Part shown: one piece after another, positions 62,140 through 64,000 of the stretch
Layout of the letters: the number at the start of each line of letters is the position of its first letter
Position numbering within the stretch: the first letter of the stretch is position 1
DNA from: Heptranchias perlo
Lineage: Eukaryota
Length of the DNA: 64,000 nucleotides
Direction: 5' to 3'
Assembly (NCBI RefSeq): GCF_035084215.1
Contig: NC_090351.1
Coordinates: 33,666,001 to 33,730,000, forward strand
Program-made: the position numbers and the translations under genes
Notes under the pieces: generated by a model
The model's database searches: none
What the model saw: the letters and a program-made list of their open reading frames with translations, nothing else
Told to the model about the DNA's origin: nothing

Positions 62140-64000
62140 TCCGGAGTCATGAGTTTAAATCCCGCCAAGGCAGCTGGGGAATTTAAATTCAATTAATTAA
62201 TTAAATAAAATCTGGAATTAAAATACTAGCATCAGTAATCGTGGCCATGAAACGACCGGATTGTCGTAAAAACCCATCTGGTTCAATAATGTCCTTTAGG
62301 GAAGGAAACCTGCCGTCCTTACCCGGTCTGGCCTATATGTGACTCCAGACCCACAGCAATGTGGTTGATGCTTAAGTGCCCTCTGAAATGGCCTAGCAAG
62401 CCACTCAGTTGTAAAATCTCGCTTAAAAAAAGTCAGAATAAGAATAAAACCGGACGGACCACCCGGCATCAGACCACTAGGCACCGGACACGACAAAGAC
62501 AAAGGCAAACCAAGCCTAGTCGACCCTGCAAAGTCCTCCTCACAAACATCTGAGGACTTGTGCCAAATTTGGGAGAGCTGTCCCACAGCCGAGTCAAGCA
62601 ACAGCCTGACGTAGCCATACTCACAGAATCATACCTTACAGCCAATGTCCCAGACTCTTCCATCACCATCCCTGGTATGGCCAGTCCCACCGGCAGGACA
62701 GACCCACCAGAGGTGGTGGTACAGTGATATACAGCCAGGAGGGAGTCGCCCTGGGAGTTCTCAACATTGACTCTGGACCCCATGAATTCTCATGGCATCA
62801 GGTCAAACATTGGCAAGGAAACCTCCTGACGATTACCACCTACCGCCATCCCTCAGCTGATGAATCAGTCCTCCTCCATGTTGAACACCACTTGGAGGAA
62901 GCACTGAGGGTAGCAAGGGCACAGAATGTACTCTGTGCGGGGGACTTCAATGTTCATCACCAAGAGTGGCTCGGTAGTACCACTACTGACTGAGCTGGCC
63001 GAGTCCTGAAGGACATAGCTGCTAGACTGGGCCTGCGGCAGGTGGTGAGCGAACCAACACGAGGGAAAAACTTACTTGACCTCGTCCTCACCAATCTACC
63101 TGTTGCAGATGCATCTGTCCATAATAGTATTGGTAGGAGTGACCACCGCACAGTCCTCATGCAGATGAAGTCCCGTCTTCGCACTGAGGACACCATCCAA
63201 CGTGTTGTGTGGCACTACCACTGTGCTAAATGGAATAGATTCAGAGCAGATCTAGCAGTTCAAAACTGGGCATCCATGAGGCACTGTGGGCCATCAGCAG
63301 CAGCAGAATTGTATTCCAGCACAATCTGTAACCTCATGGCCCGGCATATTCCTCACTCTACCATTACCAACAAGCCAGGGGATCAACCCTGGTTCAATGA
63401 GGAGTGTAGAAGAGCATGCCAGGAGCAGCACCAGGCGTACCTAAAAATGAGGTGCCAATCTGGTGAAGCTACAACTCAGGACTACATGCATGCTAAACAG
63501 CGGAAGCAACATGCTATAGACAAAGCTAAGCGATTCCACAACCAACGGATCAGATCAAAGCTCTGCAGTCCTGCCACATCCAGTCGTGAATGGTGGTGGA
63601 CAATTAAACAACTAACGGGAGGAGGAGGCTCTGCAAACATCCCCATCCTCAACGATGGCGGAGTCCGGCACGTGAGTGCAAAAGACAAGGCTGAAGCGTT
63701 TGCAACCATCTTCAGCCAGAAGTGCCGAGTGGGCGATCCATCTCAGCCTCCTCCCGATATCCCCACCATCACAGAAGTCAGTCTTCAGCCAATTCTATTC
63801 ACTCCACGTGATATCAAGAAATGGCTGAGTGCACTGGATACAGCAAAGGCTATGGGCCCCGACAACATCCCGGCGGTAGTGCTGAAGACTTGTGCTCCAG
63901 AACTAGCTGCGCCTCTAGCCAAACTGTTCCAGTACAGCTACAACACTGGCATCCACCCGACAATGTGGAAAATTGCCCGGGTATGTCCTGTCCACAAAAA
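62140..64000 (+). mobile_element. 5' part of an APE-type LINE with a SINE-like head and no ORF1; runs off the window
   Basis: VLLTNI*GL, AILTESYL, TTYRHPS, AGDFNVHH, LDLVLTN, GRSDH, GPDNIP..VLK, WKIARVCPVHK. Confidence 0.88.

Noticed and set aside
1-64000. Prokaryotic systems (CRISPR array, retron, operon)
   Set aside because: No repeat-spacer array is present; the RTs are non-LTR retrotransposon type and the genes are spliceosomal

Overview
This is repeat-dense eukaryotic DNA, not prokaryotic. The mix of CR1 LINEs, Deu-domain SINEs, PIF/Harbinger elements and Penelope elements points to a cartilaginous fish (inference). Hidden among the repeats on the minus strand is an intron-split cluster of CD300/pIgR/MDIR-like immune receptor genes that the ORF track largely misses. 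One complete 4-exon gene (34774->21261, 166 aa) encodes a leader, a 4-Cys IgV domain, a 28-nt stalk micro-exon and a transmembrane segment with an Arg and essentially no tail, which is an activating-type design. A paralogous 40-nt leader exon lies downstream (5058-5019). A tandem-tyrosine (ITIM-type) cytoplasmic exon of a probable inhibitory neighbour lies upstream (44995-44788). Together these suggest a paired activating/inhibitory receptor array. The repeat fraction also holds four minimal hammerhead-ribozyme motifs in Penelope-derived sequence, a LINE that begins with a tRNA-like SINE head together with its head-plus-tail derivatives, and several Harbinger elements and MITEs with resolvable TIRs and TSDs. 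Repeat boundaries are approximate unless a TIR or TSD is quoted.
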